Positions 51,959 to 61,246 of a stretch of DNA of 64,000 nt are shown here, piece by piece. The stretch's first letter is position 1. Each line of letters starts with the position of its first letter. Made by a program: the position numbers and the translations under genes. Below the pieces are notes generated by a model, which saw nothing but the letters and a program-made list of their open reading frames with translations, was not told the DNA's origin and did no database searches. This stretch comes from Phycisphaerae bacterium (GTDB lineage Bacteria > Planctomycetota > Phycisphaerae > SM23-33), in the NCBI GenBank assembly GCA_009783465.1, contig WRDM01000008.1:2943-66942 (forward strand), written 5' to 3'.

Positions 51959-53248
51959 ATGACCAACGCGCCCTGCAAACAAAATAGCGACGGACTTTCG
52001 TATCTTCCGCCAGGAGCATTATATCTCCATGTGCCGTTCTGTCTGGCCAAGTGTCGATATTGCGATTTTTATTCCCGTCCCATCCGCGCCGCCGACGCGG
52101 ACCGTTACACTGCCGCCGTTACGCGGCAGTTGCGACGGCTATGTAGCACGGGCGTCTCGCCCGTGAGTCGCATGGGCGTCCCGCCCATGCAAAACCAACC
52201 TGTCGGCGAAACGTGCGACCATGGCCAGATCGCTATGGGCGAGACGCCCGTGCTGCGGACGCCTCTGGCGACGGTGTTCCTCGGCGGCGGCACGCCGACG
52301 GCCCTTGGCGGGGAGCGGCTTGGGGACATTTTTCGCGCCGTCGCGCCGCTGTGCGACGCCCGCACGGAAATCTCCGTCGAAGCCAATCCCGGCGCGTTCG
52401 ACGGGCCGCTGGCGCGTCGGCTGATCGCGGCGGGCGTCAATCGCGTGAATATCGGCGTGCAGTCGTTTCAAGGCGACGAATTGGCCGTGCTGGGCCGTCT
52501 GCACGACGCCGCGGCGGCGAGGCACGCGGTGGCCCTCGCGAGGGACGCGGGGTTCGCGAATGTCGGCATCGACCTCATGTACGGCCTGCCGGGCCAAACG
52601 TTGGCGTCCTGGCGGGATTCGCTGCGGCAGGCGTTCGATCTGGGCGTGGAGCACCTCAGCGGCTACGCGTTGAGCATCGAGCCAGGCACGCCGCTGCACG
52701 CCGATTGGCAGGCCGGCGCGGTCGAGGAGATGGACGAAACCCTGCAACGTGAGATGTACTACGCGATGATCGAGCAGGCCGGCGGGGCGGGGTTGGCACA
52801 CTATGAAATGTCCAATTTCGCCAGGCCCGGTTTTGCGTGCCGACACAATCTGACGTACTGGCACAATTGGCCGTACCTTGGCCTTGGCCCGGCGGCGGCG
52901 AGTTACATGGCCGGCGTGCGTCGCACGAATCGCCCGGACGCCGACGCGTGGGCGACGGCGGTGCTGGCGGATCGGCCCCCGCCCGCGGACGAAGAGCGGC
53001 TGCCGCGGCATCTCCGCATGGCCGAGACGTTGATGCTAGGCCTTCGCCTGACGGCGGGCGTGGATCGGTCCGCCTTCGCGTCGCGTTTTGGCCTGGACGC
53101 ATTGGCCGCCTTCCCGCACTCCCTGCCACGCTACGCCGCGCAAGGCGCACTGCTCATCGAGGCCACGCACATCCGCCTGGCGAGTTGGGCGCTGTTCGGC
53201 GCGGACACGATTTTGGCGGATATCGTCGAGGAGGGGCGGCGAGAGTAG
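51959..53248 (+). CDS. hemW: radical SAM heme chaperone/coproporphyrinogen-oxidase-like protein with in-frame repeat insertion
   Basis: 'LYLHVPFCLAKCRYCDFYS', 'VFLGGGTPT' and 'NIGVQSF'. About 38 extra aa between the cluster and GGGTP are encoded by 52143..52256. Confidence 0.8.
   Translation: MTNAPCKQNSDGLSYLPPGALYLHVPFCLAKCRYCDFYSRPIRAADADRYTAAVTRQLRRLCSTGVSPVSRMGVPPMQNQPVGETCDHGQIAMGETPVLRTPLATVFLGGGTPTALGGERLGDIFRAVAPLCDARTEISVEANPGAFDGPLARRLIAAGVNRVNIGVQSFQGDELAVLGRLHDAAAARHAVALARDAGFANVGIDLMYGLPGQTLASWRDSLRQAFDLGVEHLSGYALSIEPGTPLHADWQAGAVEEMDETLQREMYYAMIEQAGGAGLAHYEMSNFARPGFACRHNLTYWHNWPYLGLGPAAASYMAGVRRTNRPDADAWATAVLADRPPPADEERLPRHLRMAETLMLGLRLTAGVDRSAFASRFGLDALAAFPHSLPRYAAQGALLIEATHIRLASWALFGADTILADIVEEGRRE
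52143..52256. repeat. GC-pal element (GTAGCACGGGCG subtype) in frame in the hemW-like gene
   Basis: GTAGCACGGGCGTCTCGCCCGTGAGTCGCATGGGCGTCCCGCCCATGC ... TATGGGCGAGACGCCCGTGCTGC. Confidence 0.8.
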
Positions 53249-53335
53249 CGATCAGAAGCACAGCCAATCGGGTTGTTTTGCGCCCAAGTCGTACGTACAA
53301 TTACACGATAGATGATACGTACAGGAGTTGCGACG

Positions 53336-53587
53336 ATGCAAAAACTCACGCTCAGTATGGACCCGGAAGTGATTGACATGGCCAAGCAATTGGCCAAACA
53401 ACGAGGTATCAGCGCTTCGGAAATGATTAGCCGGATCATCCGGGTGATGGCAGACCCAGAACGTCCCGCCCGAATTGGCCCCCTGACTCGGCAGGCCACC
53501 GGTATGTTTAAGCTTCCCGAAGGAAAGTCTGTCGAGGAACTGATTGAAGAGGCGAAAGCGGAACGGGCGGCGAGATATCTACGATGA
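53336..53587 (+). CDS. type II antitoxin (RHH/DUF6364-like)
   Basis: 83 aa. 'LSMDPEVIDMAKQLAKQRGISASEMISRII'. ATGA overlap with the PIN gene. Confidence 0.6.
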   Translation: MQKLTLSMDPEVIDMAKQLAKQRGISASEMISRIIRVMADPERPARIGPLTRQATGMFKLPEGKSVEELIEEAKAERAARYLR

Positions 53588-54006
53588 GCCGGCGAATTCT
53601 TGTGGACATCAACGTGTTGGTGGACGTGCTGATGCAGCGTCATCCGCACTATGCCGCTTCGGCCGCGGTTTGGACGGCCGTTGAACAGCACGGTTTGTCT
53701 GGTTGGGTATCGGCCGACAGTTTTACCACATTGTACTACCTGCTACGCAAAACGTCGGACCATATCGAGGCATGTCGTGGCATTCAAAGGGTCCGCAAGG
53801 TGTTTGTCATTGTCCCGGTGGATGCGGCCTTGATTGAAGACGCGTTGCATTCGCCTCTCAACGATTTTGAAGACGCCGTGCAGCATGAGTGTGCCCTGCG
53901 TGTCAAAGCCACATCGATTGTCACCCGCAACATCCGCCATTTTCGCAACACCTCCGTCCCGGCGGTGACTCCAGAAGCCTTCGTCGCCACGCTCGACCTT
54001 ACGTGA
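53584..54006 (+). CDS. vapC: PIN-domain toxin
   Basis: 'ILVDINVLVDVL' and '...DFEDAVQ...IVTRNIRHF' carry the PIN acidic residues. Confidence 0.8.
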   Translation: MSRRILVDINVLVDVLMQRHPHYAASAAVWTAVEQHGLSGWVSADSFTTLYYLLRKTSDHIEACRGIQRVRKVFVIVPVDAALIEDALHSPLNDFEDAVQHECALRVKATSIVTRNIRHFRNTSVPAVTPEAFVATLDLT

Positions 54007-54607
54007 CCAGCAATCGTTTCACCGTGTGCACGATGTTCGGCAGGGATGTTACGAGTGCGTCTCGGCCGGTGGGGGCGGGGGTGGCCAGGAGGATCGCGTG
54101 GCGGCGGATTTCCACACAGCCGCCGTGCGCGAACCATTCGTCGCCGGCGGCGATGAAGCCGTCGGCCAACTCCGCGTTGCCGAGGAAACTCCAGGGGCCG
54201 CGAGTTTGCGTCGCCTGTCTCGCGGGGATTGGCGTGAAGTCGCCGTTGTGCCACATCAGCAGGCGCGGCAGCGGCGAAGGCATTTCGACGACAACCACAC
54301 CGTACTGTCGCGTCATGCGGCGCGTGCCGTGTCCGACCTCGTATTGGAAATCGAACGCGCGAACGGCCAGGCCTTCGAGGTGCCCGGAAATCACGTTGGA
54401 GGCCAAGAGGCAGTGCCCGCTGGTGACGAGGGCGAATTCCGCGTATCGCACCGGAACGTTGAAGAGGTCCTCCCGCGAGTAGCGAAACCCGAGGTCGCTG
54501 GCGACCCTGGCCAGCCGCATCCGCCGCCGCTGCCGCAGCGACACGACGGTCAGCACCGCCAGGCCGGCCGCCGCCAGCGACAACACCAACAACAAAAGTA
54601 TCCCCAT
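53999..54607 (-). CDS. hypothetical membrane protein
   Basis: ATG at 54607 gives the N-terminal TM 'MGILLLLVLSLAAAGLAVLTVV'. Confidence 0.45.
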   Translation of the reverse strand: MGILLLLVLSLAAAGLAVLTVVSLRQRRRMRLARVASDLGFRYSREDLFNVPVRYAEFALVTSGHCLLASNVISGHLEGLAVRAFDFQYEVGHGTRRMTRQYGVVVVEMPSPLPRLLMWHNGDFTPIPARQATQTRGPWSFLGNAELADGFIAAGDEWFAHGGCVEIRRHAILLATPAPTGRDALVTSLPNIVHTVKRLLVT

Positions 54608-54632
54608 CGGTTGCGGCACGGTTGCGTCCTGC

Positions 54633-55865
54633 TTACTCTTCCGGCTCGGTGGACACGTCATCGTCCTCTTCGGTGCTGTCGAATCGGCTGTCGTCGCTGC
54701 CGAGTTTTCGTCCGACGGGGGGCTGATATTTCGTGTCGTACATGGCCTCGGGCGAACGGACGGCTTCGAGTTCCCGGATGAACTGCGCGAGTTTTTTGTA
54801 ATTGGTTACGTTTTTGTTGGCGAAGATGACCTTCATCTGCGGCGTCAGTTCCGGGTGTTTGTACCGCGCGTTGGCATGGGGCAGGCCGTACTGAAGCACC
54901 AGCGAATCCTCGGGCCTGTCGCGGTCGAAGAGCCGTTTGCCGTCTTTTTCCCACAGATTGAGGATGAGGTAGTTGGTGTAGTCGATGCGGTCGTTCTTGG
55001 CGTTGCCTTTGGGGAAGAGCTTGAGTTCGCCTTTGCCCTTCGCGCCGCCGTGACAGTTGATGGAGGCGCAGTTCTGGTCGATCGTTGGCCAGATCGTGCG
55101 GAAATCCTTCATGAATTTCGGATCGCTCTTGATGATGATGTCGTCTTTCACCCCGCCGTACCCTGGCGTCTCGCGGATGAAGATGACCTGCCTGACGTTG
55201 CTGAGCTTACGGAATCGGTCAATTTCCTCTTTGCTTTCCAGGCCTCGCTGGCCCTGCTCGGCCTTGATGAAATTGTTGAGCGCCTGATTCTTGAACTCAA
55301 TGCTCATGCCCGTGTCGCTGGGCCGCAGATCGGCGAAACGGATTTTGTTGATGTCCTCGTCGGTGATGAGATCCTTGACGTCGATGCCGCCCGACGCGCC
55401 CGAGGAGGTCGACTTGTTCGAGGACGCCGTCGTCGCCGGCTTGGTGGCGGGCTCGGCGGGGGGCGCCAGGGCGGCCTCGATCCGGCGGAGCCGCATCCGC
55501 GCCTCTTCATGATCCTTCGCCAGTGTCAGGCAACGCTTGAGTTCGGTTTGCGCGATTTTCAATTGGCCGTTCTGCTCGGCCCATTTCGCCAACTCCAGAT
55601 GGGCGTCGGCGTCTTTGTCGCCGATCTTCGCGAGGCGGTCCTTGTATTCTTTTTCGAAGGCGGCGTGATCGACCACGCGGTCGACTTCGGTGGTTTTGTA
55701 CAGCATCTCGCCGTTTTCGGTTTTGACGCGGTAGCCCGAGTCGGTCCGCGTGACGTCGCCGGCGATTTTCCGCCCGTCTTTGAGAATGATCGTTTGGCTG
55801 GCCCCGTAGGCGACCGCGGAGAACACGCCGCACATCACAAGCGCCAGGAGGATGGTTCGTGTCAT
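54633..55865 (-). CDS. secreted hypothetical protein
   Basis: ATG at 55865. Signal peptide present. TPR-like helix pair. The C-terminal domain contains 'NCASINCHGGAKGKGELKLF'. Confidence 0.55.
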   Translation of the reverse strand: MTRTILLALVMCGVFSAVAYGASQTIILKDGRKIAGDVTRTDSGYRVKTENGEMLYKTTEVDRVVDHAAFEKEYKDRLAKIGDKDADAHLELAKWAEQNGQLKIAQTELKRCLTLAKDHEEARMRLRRIEAALAPPAEPATKPATTASSNKSTSSGASGGIDVKDLITDEDINKIRFADLRPSDTGMSIEFKNQALNNFIKAEQGQRGLESKEEIDRFRKLSNVRQVIFIRETPGYGGVKDDIIIKSDPKFMKDFRTIWPTIDQNCASINCHGGAKGKGELKLFPKGNAKNDRIDYTNYLILNLWEKDGKRLFDRDRPEDSLVLQYGLPHANARYKHPELTPQMKVIFANKNVTNYKKLAQFIRELEAVRSPEAMYDTKYQPPVGRKLGSDDSRFDSTEEDDDVSTEPEE

Positions 55866-55903
55866 GGCATACCTCAAGGTAAAAAGTTCACGGGCAGTAA
55901 AAC

Positions 55904-55977
55904 AGGCGGCGGTGGGATTCGAACCCACGAATGAGCGATTTGCAATCGCTTCCCTTGGTCCGCTTGGGTACGCCGCC
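55904..55977 (-). tRNA. tRNA-Cys (anticodon GCA)
   Basis: Hand-folded 74-nt cloverleaf: acceptor GGCGGCG/CGCCGCC, anticodon stem AGCGA/TCGCT with loop TTGCAAA, T-arm GTGGG-TTCGAAT-CCCAC. Confidence 0.85.
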
Positions 55978-56200
55978 GGAGCGGATTCACTACTGCATAT
56001 TATCGGCCGGCGGTGGCGGGGTCAATGAGACTTTTCTTTTCATGGCGCGCGGGTGGGTGCACGTCACGTTTGTCGGTGGTGGTAACCTTGTGATCGTGAG
56101 GCGTGGAAAACAACCGGGCGGCCTGGCAGGGCGATGTGTTGTTGTTTCATACCAGCCGTGCTACAGTCTCCATCATCCAAAACGTCAATGGAGACATCTC

Positions 56201-56770
56201 ATGACGACACGGTGGACTGTTGTGGCGGCCTTTGTTCTGGCGGGCGCGGTGACGATGGGGTGTTCCCATGCGCCGTTGAATCCAGGCCTGGAACCTACTC
56301 CGCCTCAAAGTCGTCCTGATGTGTATCGCAGCCAGGAGCACGGGTACTCGTTCATTCCGCCGGCGTCGTGGGAGTTGGGGGCCAGCGGCGGCATGATTGA
56401 CGTGATCTACATGAGGCCTGCCGCCGCGCAGCCGGAGGTTTTTCGCGAAAATCTCAACGTCGCGGTGGAAAAACTGCCCCAGGTCCTGACGCTGGATGAG
56501 TACGCGCAGGCCGCCCAGGCGATGATGGCCTTGGCATTCCGTGAGTTTGAGGTGGTTTCGCTCACGGACATCGTCATGGGCAACATCCAGGGAAAGCGGC
56601 TGGTCTGCACGTACTCTTGGGGCGGCATCGAGCTTTTTGTCCAGTCGGCCTTCTATATCGCCGTGAAGGACCAAAAGGCGTACGTCATGACCTGCGGGTC
56701 CACGCCGGAGAATTTCGCGGCATACGAGAAAACGTTCGACGAGTGCGCCAGAACGTTTCGGGTAGAGTAG
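56201..56770 (+). CDS. lipoprotein (DcrB/PsbP-like, tentative)
   Basis: SD GGAGA upstream of the ATG at 56201. 'VLAGAVTMGC' lipobox. Confidence 0.55.
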   Translation: MTTRWTVVAAFVLAGAVTMGCSHAPLNPGLEPTPPQSRPDVYRSQEHGYSFIPPASWELGASGGMIDVIYMRPAAAQPEVFRENLNVAVEKLPQVLTLDEYAQAAQAMMALAFREFEVVSLTDIVMGNIQGKRLVCTYSWGGIELFVQSAFYIAVKDQKAYVMTCGSTPENFAAYEKTFDECARTFRVE

Positions 56771-56783
56771 GCGGGCACATTCG

Positions 56784-57860
56784 ATGTTCAATTTCTTCAA
56801 GAAAAAGAAAAAAACTCCTTCGCCTTCCCCGCCTCCTCCCGCCGCGTCGCTGGAAGGGATTGATCTTTACCTCAAGGACATTCCCGGCGCGATCGAACAG
56901 GCCGGCGACGACATGCCTCGCGTCGACTGGTCGAAGGTCGCCCAGGCCGTTCGTCCCTATGACGATCATGCCGCCATTGACCTGTTGTGGACAGAGTTGG
57001 CCGCCCAATGGCTGGGCATCCTTGGCCGCCATTTCGAGCTCGACGACGAGTACCGTCTCTACGAGGGCAACCATCTGCTGATGCTCAGCGCCGACGAGCC
57101 GCAACAGGTCACGGAACTCATGAACGCCGGCGACGTGGCCTGGCAGCGCCTCGACGAGTTGGTCCAACGCACCCCGAAAGAACGCGGCTTCGGCAAGCAC
57201 GCGGTCCTCGTGCTCGCCGACCAGAACACCTACTACGATTATATCAGCCATTACGATCCCGGCTCGGCCGAGACCTACGGCACTTCCAGCGGCGTGCACA
57301 TTTCCGAGGGGTATCGGCACACGGTCATCAACGGCGTGCTGCGTTCGCAGGAAGGCACCCTTGTTCACGAGTTGGCCCACACCATGCTGTGCGGGCGCGG
57401 TGTTCCCGTATGGGTGGACGAAGGCTTGGCGCAATGGGCGGCGAGCACGGTCGGCTTCAATCAGGGCTGGGGCGGCGGGGGGCCTCGTCTCGACGCCCGC
57501 CAGACCCGCATCGTCCGCCGGTACTGGAACGGGAAAGGTGTCGGCACGTTCTGGAGCGGCCAATCGTTTTCGCTTGCCACCTCGCAACGGGCCAGTTACC
57601 AGTTGGCGGACGTCCTGTTTCGCAATCTGCTGGGCCATCCATCCCGCCGCGATCGGCTTGGCGAATTCCTTGCCACCGCCACGCACCACGACGCCGGCGA
57701 TGCCGCATGCCGGACCTGCTTCGGCGTCCCGCTGGCGTTGTTGGTGGAAGAGTTTCTAGGCCCAGGCCCCTGGCAGCCCGCAGCGCCACGGGATCGCAGG
57801 CCCTCGCGAGGCGATTCCTGGCCGCCCGGAGCCTCCCCGGTGCCCTCTAGGCCTTCATGA
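56784..57860 (+). CDS. putative zinc metallopeptidase (HExxH)
   Basis: 'LVHELAHTM' followed by 'WVDEGLAQW'. Confidence 0.5.
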   Translation: MFNFFKKKKKTPSPSPPPPAASLEGIDLYLKDIPGAIEQAGDDMPRVDWSKVAQAVRPYDDHAAIDLLWTELAAQWLGILGRHFELDDEYRLYEGNHLLMLSADEPQQVTELMNAGDVAWQRLDELVQRTPKERGFGKHAVLVLADQNTYYDYISHYDPGSAETYGTSSGVHISEGYRHTVINGVLRSQEGTLVHELAHTMLCGRGVPVWVDEGLAQWAASTVGFNQGWGGGGPRLDARQTRIVRRYWNGKGVGTFWSGQSFSLATSQRASYQLADVLFRNLLGHPSRRDRLGEFLATATHHDAGDAACRTCFGVPLALLVEEFLGPGPWQPAAPRDRRPSRGDSWPPGASPVPSRPS

Positions 57861-57903
57861 TGAAAAAAAACTCGAAATCACAAAAAAACTTGTCGGAAAA
57901 GAA

Positions 57904-57931
57904 TTGACATTGCGATTGGCGTCAGTACACT
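57904..57931 (+). promoter_or_regulatory. sigma70-type promoter candidate for the S10 operon
   Basis: TTGACA, 16 nt spacer, TACACT. Preceded by A-tracts (57849-57900) that could act as an UP element. Confidence 0.45.
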
Positions 57932-57990
57932 AGCTAAGCTCTATTCCTGTTTGCCCTATGGCGGGGCGGGCGGCGTCGGAGAATGGTTTT

Positions 57991-58299
57991 ATGGTGCAAG
58001 ACAAGATACGTATTCGTATGGAAGCCTACGATCACCGGGCGCTGGACGCGTCGGCGAAGGAGATCGTGGATCATGCCGAACGGACGGGCGCTCGTGTCCG
58101 CGGGCCCATCCCGCTGCCGACACGCGTTGAGCGGTACACCGTGCTTCGCAGCCCGCACGTGGATAAGAAGTCCCGCGAGCAGTTCGAGATGCGGACGCAC
58201 AAGCGGGTCATCGACATTTACGAACCGACCGTTCGGACGATCGAGGCCCTCAACCGCCTCGTGGTCCCCGCGGGCGTCTTTATCAAGATCAAGGCCTAG
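57991..58299 (+). CDS. rpsJ: 30S ribosomal protein S10
   Basis: '[14 protein letters not shown]...GPIPLPT' and operon position. Confidence 0.95.
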   Translation: MVQDKIRIRMEAYDHRALDASAKEIVDHAERTGARVRGPIPLPTRVERYTVLRSPHVDKKSREQFEMRTHKRVIDIYEPTVRTIEALNRLVVPAGVFIKIKA

Positions 58300-58307
58300 G
58301 TGCAGTC

Positions 58308-59012
58308 ATGAAGTCGATCCTCGGTAAAAAAATAGGCGTCACGCAGGTCTACGACGACGCCGGCGTGCTCCAGCAGGTGACGGTCGTGCAGGCCGGCCCG
58401 TGCCGCGTGCTTCAGGTCAAGACCCCGGACGTGGACGGCTATCATGCCGTTCAGTTGGGTTTCGGCGAGGCGAAGGCGTCACAGGCCCGGCTGCCGGAGA
58501 TCGGTCATGCCGCCAAAGTCGGCGCCAGGCCGTCGCGGTTCGTCCGCGAGGTGCGTCTCCAGGCCGCCGCCGACGGCGTGGAAGCGGGCCAGCAGGTCAC
58601 GCTGGAGATTTTCGACGGCGTGTATGCGGTGGACGTGATCGGCACGAACAAGGGCAAAGGTTTCGCCGGCGGCATGAAGCGTTGGCACTTTGCCGGTCAG
58701 CCGATGAGCCACGGCACCGAACGCAAGCACCGCAGCCCGGGCGCCATCGCAGGCCACGGCACCAACCGTGGTTTCGGCGGCGACATCAAGAAGGGCAAAA
58801 AGATGGCCGGCCACATGGGCGACGCCCGTGTCACCAGCCGAAACCATCGAATCATCAAGATTGACAAAGACAACAACCTCCTGTTGGTCAAGGGCAGCGT
58901 TCCCGGAGCCAAAGGAGGTTTCGTTTTTATCCGCGCCAGCAAGAAGTTGGCGCCCCAGCCCAAGGCGGCCCCGGTGTCCAAGAAGGGCGCGATGAAGGCG
59001 GGCAAGAAGTAG
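58308..59012 (+). CDS. rplC: 50S ribosomal protein L3
   Basis: 'ILGKKIGVTQVY' and 'GKGFAGGMKRW'. Confidence 0.95.
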   Translation: MKSILGKKIGVTQVYDDAGVLQQVTVVQAGPCRVLQVKTPDVDGYHAVQLGFGEAKASQARLPEIGHAAKVGARPSRFVREVRLQAAADGVEAGQQVTLEIFDGVYAVDVIGTNKGKGFAGGMKRWHFAGQPMSHGTERKHRSPGAIAGHGTNRGFGGDIKKGKKMAGHMGDARVTSRNHRIIKIDKDNNLLLVKGSVPGAKGGFVFIRASKKLAPQPKAAPVSKKGAMKAGKK

Positions 59013-59150
59013 GGTAAACCGCGGGAATAATCGTTGCCGGATTGTTCTTGCCAGGTTTTCCGGTGTGTAGTACACTCACGGTTTCGCGAAAATTCGCGGA
59101 ATTTGCGGCCGGGCCAGTGGGCCTGGAGATAGTCGAACCAGGATACGAAC

Positions 59151-59789
59151 ATGTTGGAAGTCCCCGTATACAACACAGAAGGCCAGCAGGTCGACACGGT
59201 GCAGGTCGACGAGGCCTTGTTCGGCGGTGAAGTGAACATTTCACTGCTCAAGCAGGCGTTGACGACGTACCACGCCAACCGCCGGCAGGGCACGGTCGGG
59301 ACGAAGAGCCGAGGCATGATCGAAGGCTCGACGCGGAAGCTCTTCAAGCAGAAGGGCACGGGCAACGCCCGCCGCGGCGCGGTCCGCTCGCCGGTGATGA
59401 AGGGCGGCGGCGTCACGTTCGCCAAGGGCCCGGTGCGCGACTTCCGAAAGACCTTCCCGAAAAAGATGCGACAGGCCGCCGTGGACTCCGCTCTGTTGGC
59501 CAAAATGCAGGACAACAGCCTGATGGTCGTCAAAGGCCTCAAAGCCGACGCCCCGAAAACCAAAACGATGGTGTCGGTCCTCCGCAATCTCAAGATCAAT
59601 CGCCGCTGCCTGCTGACCCTGGCGGCCCCCGATAAAAATATCTACCTCAGTTCCCGCAATATTTCCGACTTGGCCGTCTGCCCGCTGGCCGAGTTGAACG
59701 CGTGGGACATCCTCACCCGCCCCAAGATGCTCCTGACCGACGACGCGATGCAGGCCATCATGGCGCGCAAGCAGGAGGCCGCCAAGTGA
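59151..59789 (+). CDS. rplD: 50S ribosomal protein L4
   Basis: 'KQKGTGNARRGAVRSPVMKGGGV'. Confidence 0.95.
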   Translation: MLEVPVYNTEGQQVDTVQVDEALFGGEVNISLLKQALTTYHANRRQGTVGTKSRGMIEGSTRKLFKQKGTGNARRGAVRSPVMKGGGVTFAKGPVRDFRKTFPKKMRQAAVDSALLAKMQDNSLMVVKGLKADAPKTKTMVSVLRNLKINRRCLLTLAAPDKNIYLSSRNISDLAVCPLAELNAWDILTRPKMLLTDDAMQAIMARKQEAAK

Positions 59790-60070
59790 AAAACGATATC
59801 TATGCCGTGTTGATCCGCCCGCTGGTGACGGAAAAGGGCACGAAGCTCTCCCAGACCCGCCACGCGTTCTCGTTCCAGGTGAATCCCAACGCGAACAAGG
59901 CGCAGATCAAGCAGGCCGTCGAGAAGATTTACAACGTCCGCGTGCTGGAAGTCCGCACCGCCAACCGTAAGGGCAAACCCCGCCGTGCCGGCTATCGCTG
60001 GAGCGAGACGTCGCAGTGGAAAAAAGCCGTTGTCGTCCTTCACCCGGATCACAACATCGACCTGTTCTAA
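59786..60070 (+). CDS. rplW: 50S ribosomal protein L23
   Basis: GTG start overlapping the rplD stop. 'IRPLVTEKGT' and 'KKAVVVL'. Confidence 0.9.
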   Translation: MKNDIYAVLIRPLVTEKGTKLSQTRHAFSFQVNPNANKAQIKQAVEKIYNVRVLEVRTANRKGKPRRAGYRWSETSQWKKAVVVLHPDHNIDLF

Positions 60071-60088
60071 AAGACGACCGAGACAGTC

Positions 60089-60937
60089 ATGATTAAAATC
60101 TACAAAAAAACGAGTCCGGGCCGACGATTCAGCTCCGTGCTCATCCGCGAAGACGTGACGACGGATAAGCCGGAAAAATCGCTGCTCCGTCCGCTGAAGA
60201 GGCGCGGTGGCCGAAACCACCTGGGCGTCATCACCGTGCGACATCGCGGCGGCGGTGCGAAAAAGATGTACCGCGTGATCGACTTCAAACGCAACAAGGA
60301 CGGGCAGGCCGCCACCGTCAAGACGATTGAATACGATCCCAACCGCAACTGCAATATCGCTCTGGTCCAGTATGAGGACGGCGAGAAACGATACATCCTT
60401 GCCCCGCAAGGGCTGAAAATCGATCAGAAAATCTATAACGGCGAGACGGCCGAGCCTCGTATGGGCAACTGCCTGCCGCTGAGCAAAATCCCGGCCGGCT
60501 TGGAAATCCACAACGTCGAGCTGCGTCCGGGGCAGGGCGGCAAACTGGTCCGCTCCGCCGGTGGTGTCGCCCGATTGGCCGCCAAAGACGGCAAGCACGC
60601 CCACCTGGTGATGCCCTCCGGCGAAATGCGCATGGTGAACGTCAAGTGCCGCGCGACGATCGGGCAGTTGAGCAACATCGACTACGCGTCGATCCGCTGG
60701 GGCAAAGCAGGCCGAAAACGCCATCTGGGCATCCGCCCGACGGTCCGCGGCTCGGCGATGAACCCGCACGCTCACCCGATGGGCGGCGGCGAAGGCCGAC
60801 GAAGCGGTGGTCGTCACCCGGTCAGCCCGTGGGGTCAGCTCGCCAAGGGCGGCAAGACCCGCAAGCGTCGCAACACGAATAACAAGATGATCCTGCGGCG
60901 TCGCCGCAACGTCCGCACAGGCCAGTTGGTGCTGTAA
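60089..60937 (+). CDS. rplB: 50S ribosomal protein L2
   Basis: '[16 protein letters not shown]' and '[16 protein letters not shown]'. Confidence 0.95.
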   Translation: MIKIYKKTSPGRRFSSVLIREDVTTDKPEKSLLRPLKRRGGRNHLGVITVRHRGGGAKKMYRVIDFKRNKDGQAATVKTIEYDPNRNCNIALVQYEDGEKRYILAPQGLKIDQKIYNGETAEPRMGNCLPLSKIPAGLEIHNVELRPGQGGKLVRSAGGVARLAAKDGKHAHLVMPSGEMRMVNVKCRATIGQLSNIDYASIRWGKAGRKRHLGIRPTVRGSAMNPHAHPMGGGEGRRSGGRHPVSPWGQLAKGGKTRKRRNTNNKMILRRRRNVRTGQLVL

Positions 60938-60951
60938 GAGGAAATTAGAGC

Positions 60952-61233
60952 ATGACTCGAAGCACGAAAAAAGGCCCTTACGTGGATGAAAAGCTCTATC
61001 GTAAGGTGCAGAAGAACATTCAGACCGGCAGCCGCGAACCGATCAAGACGTGGGCGCGGGCCAGCACGATCGTGCCGGAGATGTTGGGCTATACGTTTAT
61101 GGTCCACAACGGCAAGCTGTTTCACAAGGTGTTCGTGACGGAAGATATGGTCGGTCACAAACTGGGCGAGTTCAGCCCGACGCGCGTCTTCCGCGGCCAC
61201 AGCGGCGGGAAGAAGGAAGCCGCTTCGAAGTAA
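60952..61233 (+). CDS. rpsS: 30S ribosomal protein S19
   Basis: '[11 protein letters not shown]' and 'VHNGK.F..V.V...MVGHKLGEF'. Confidence 0.95.
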   Translation: MTRSTKKGPYVDEKLYRKVQKNIQTGSREPIKTWARASTIVPEMLGYTFMVHNGKLFHKVFVTEDMVGHKLGEFSPTRVFRGHSGGKKEAASK

Positions 61234-61246
61234 ATGAAGGTGTCTC

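Noticed and set aside
54940-55060. 'NCASINCHGG' in ORF 54633..55865 as a heme-binding site (planctomycete cytochrome-like domain)
   Set aside because: The spacing is CX4CH, not the canonical CXXCH. It is a single motif only and I cannot verify domain homology without a profile search. It is left as a note in the feature evidence.
55904-55977. tRNA-Cys as a possible integration site for the phage module
   Set aside because: It lies 34 kb from the module with housekeeping genes between. There is no integrase and no duplicated tRNA 3' fragment that I could see.
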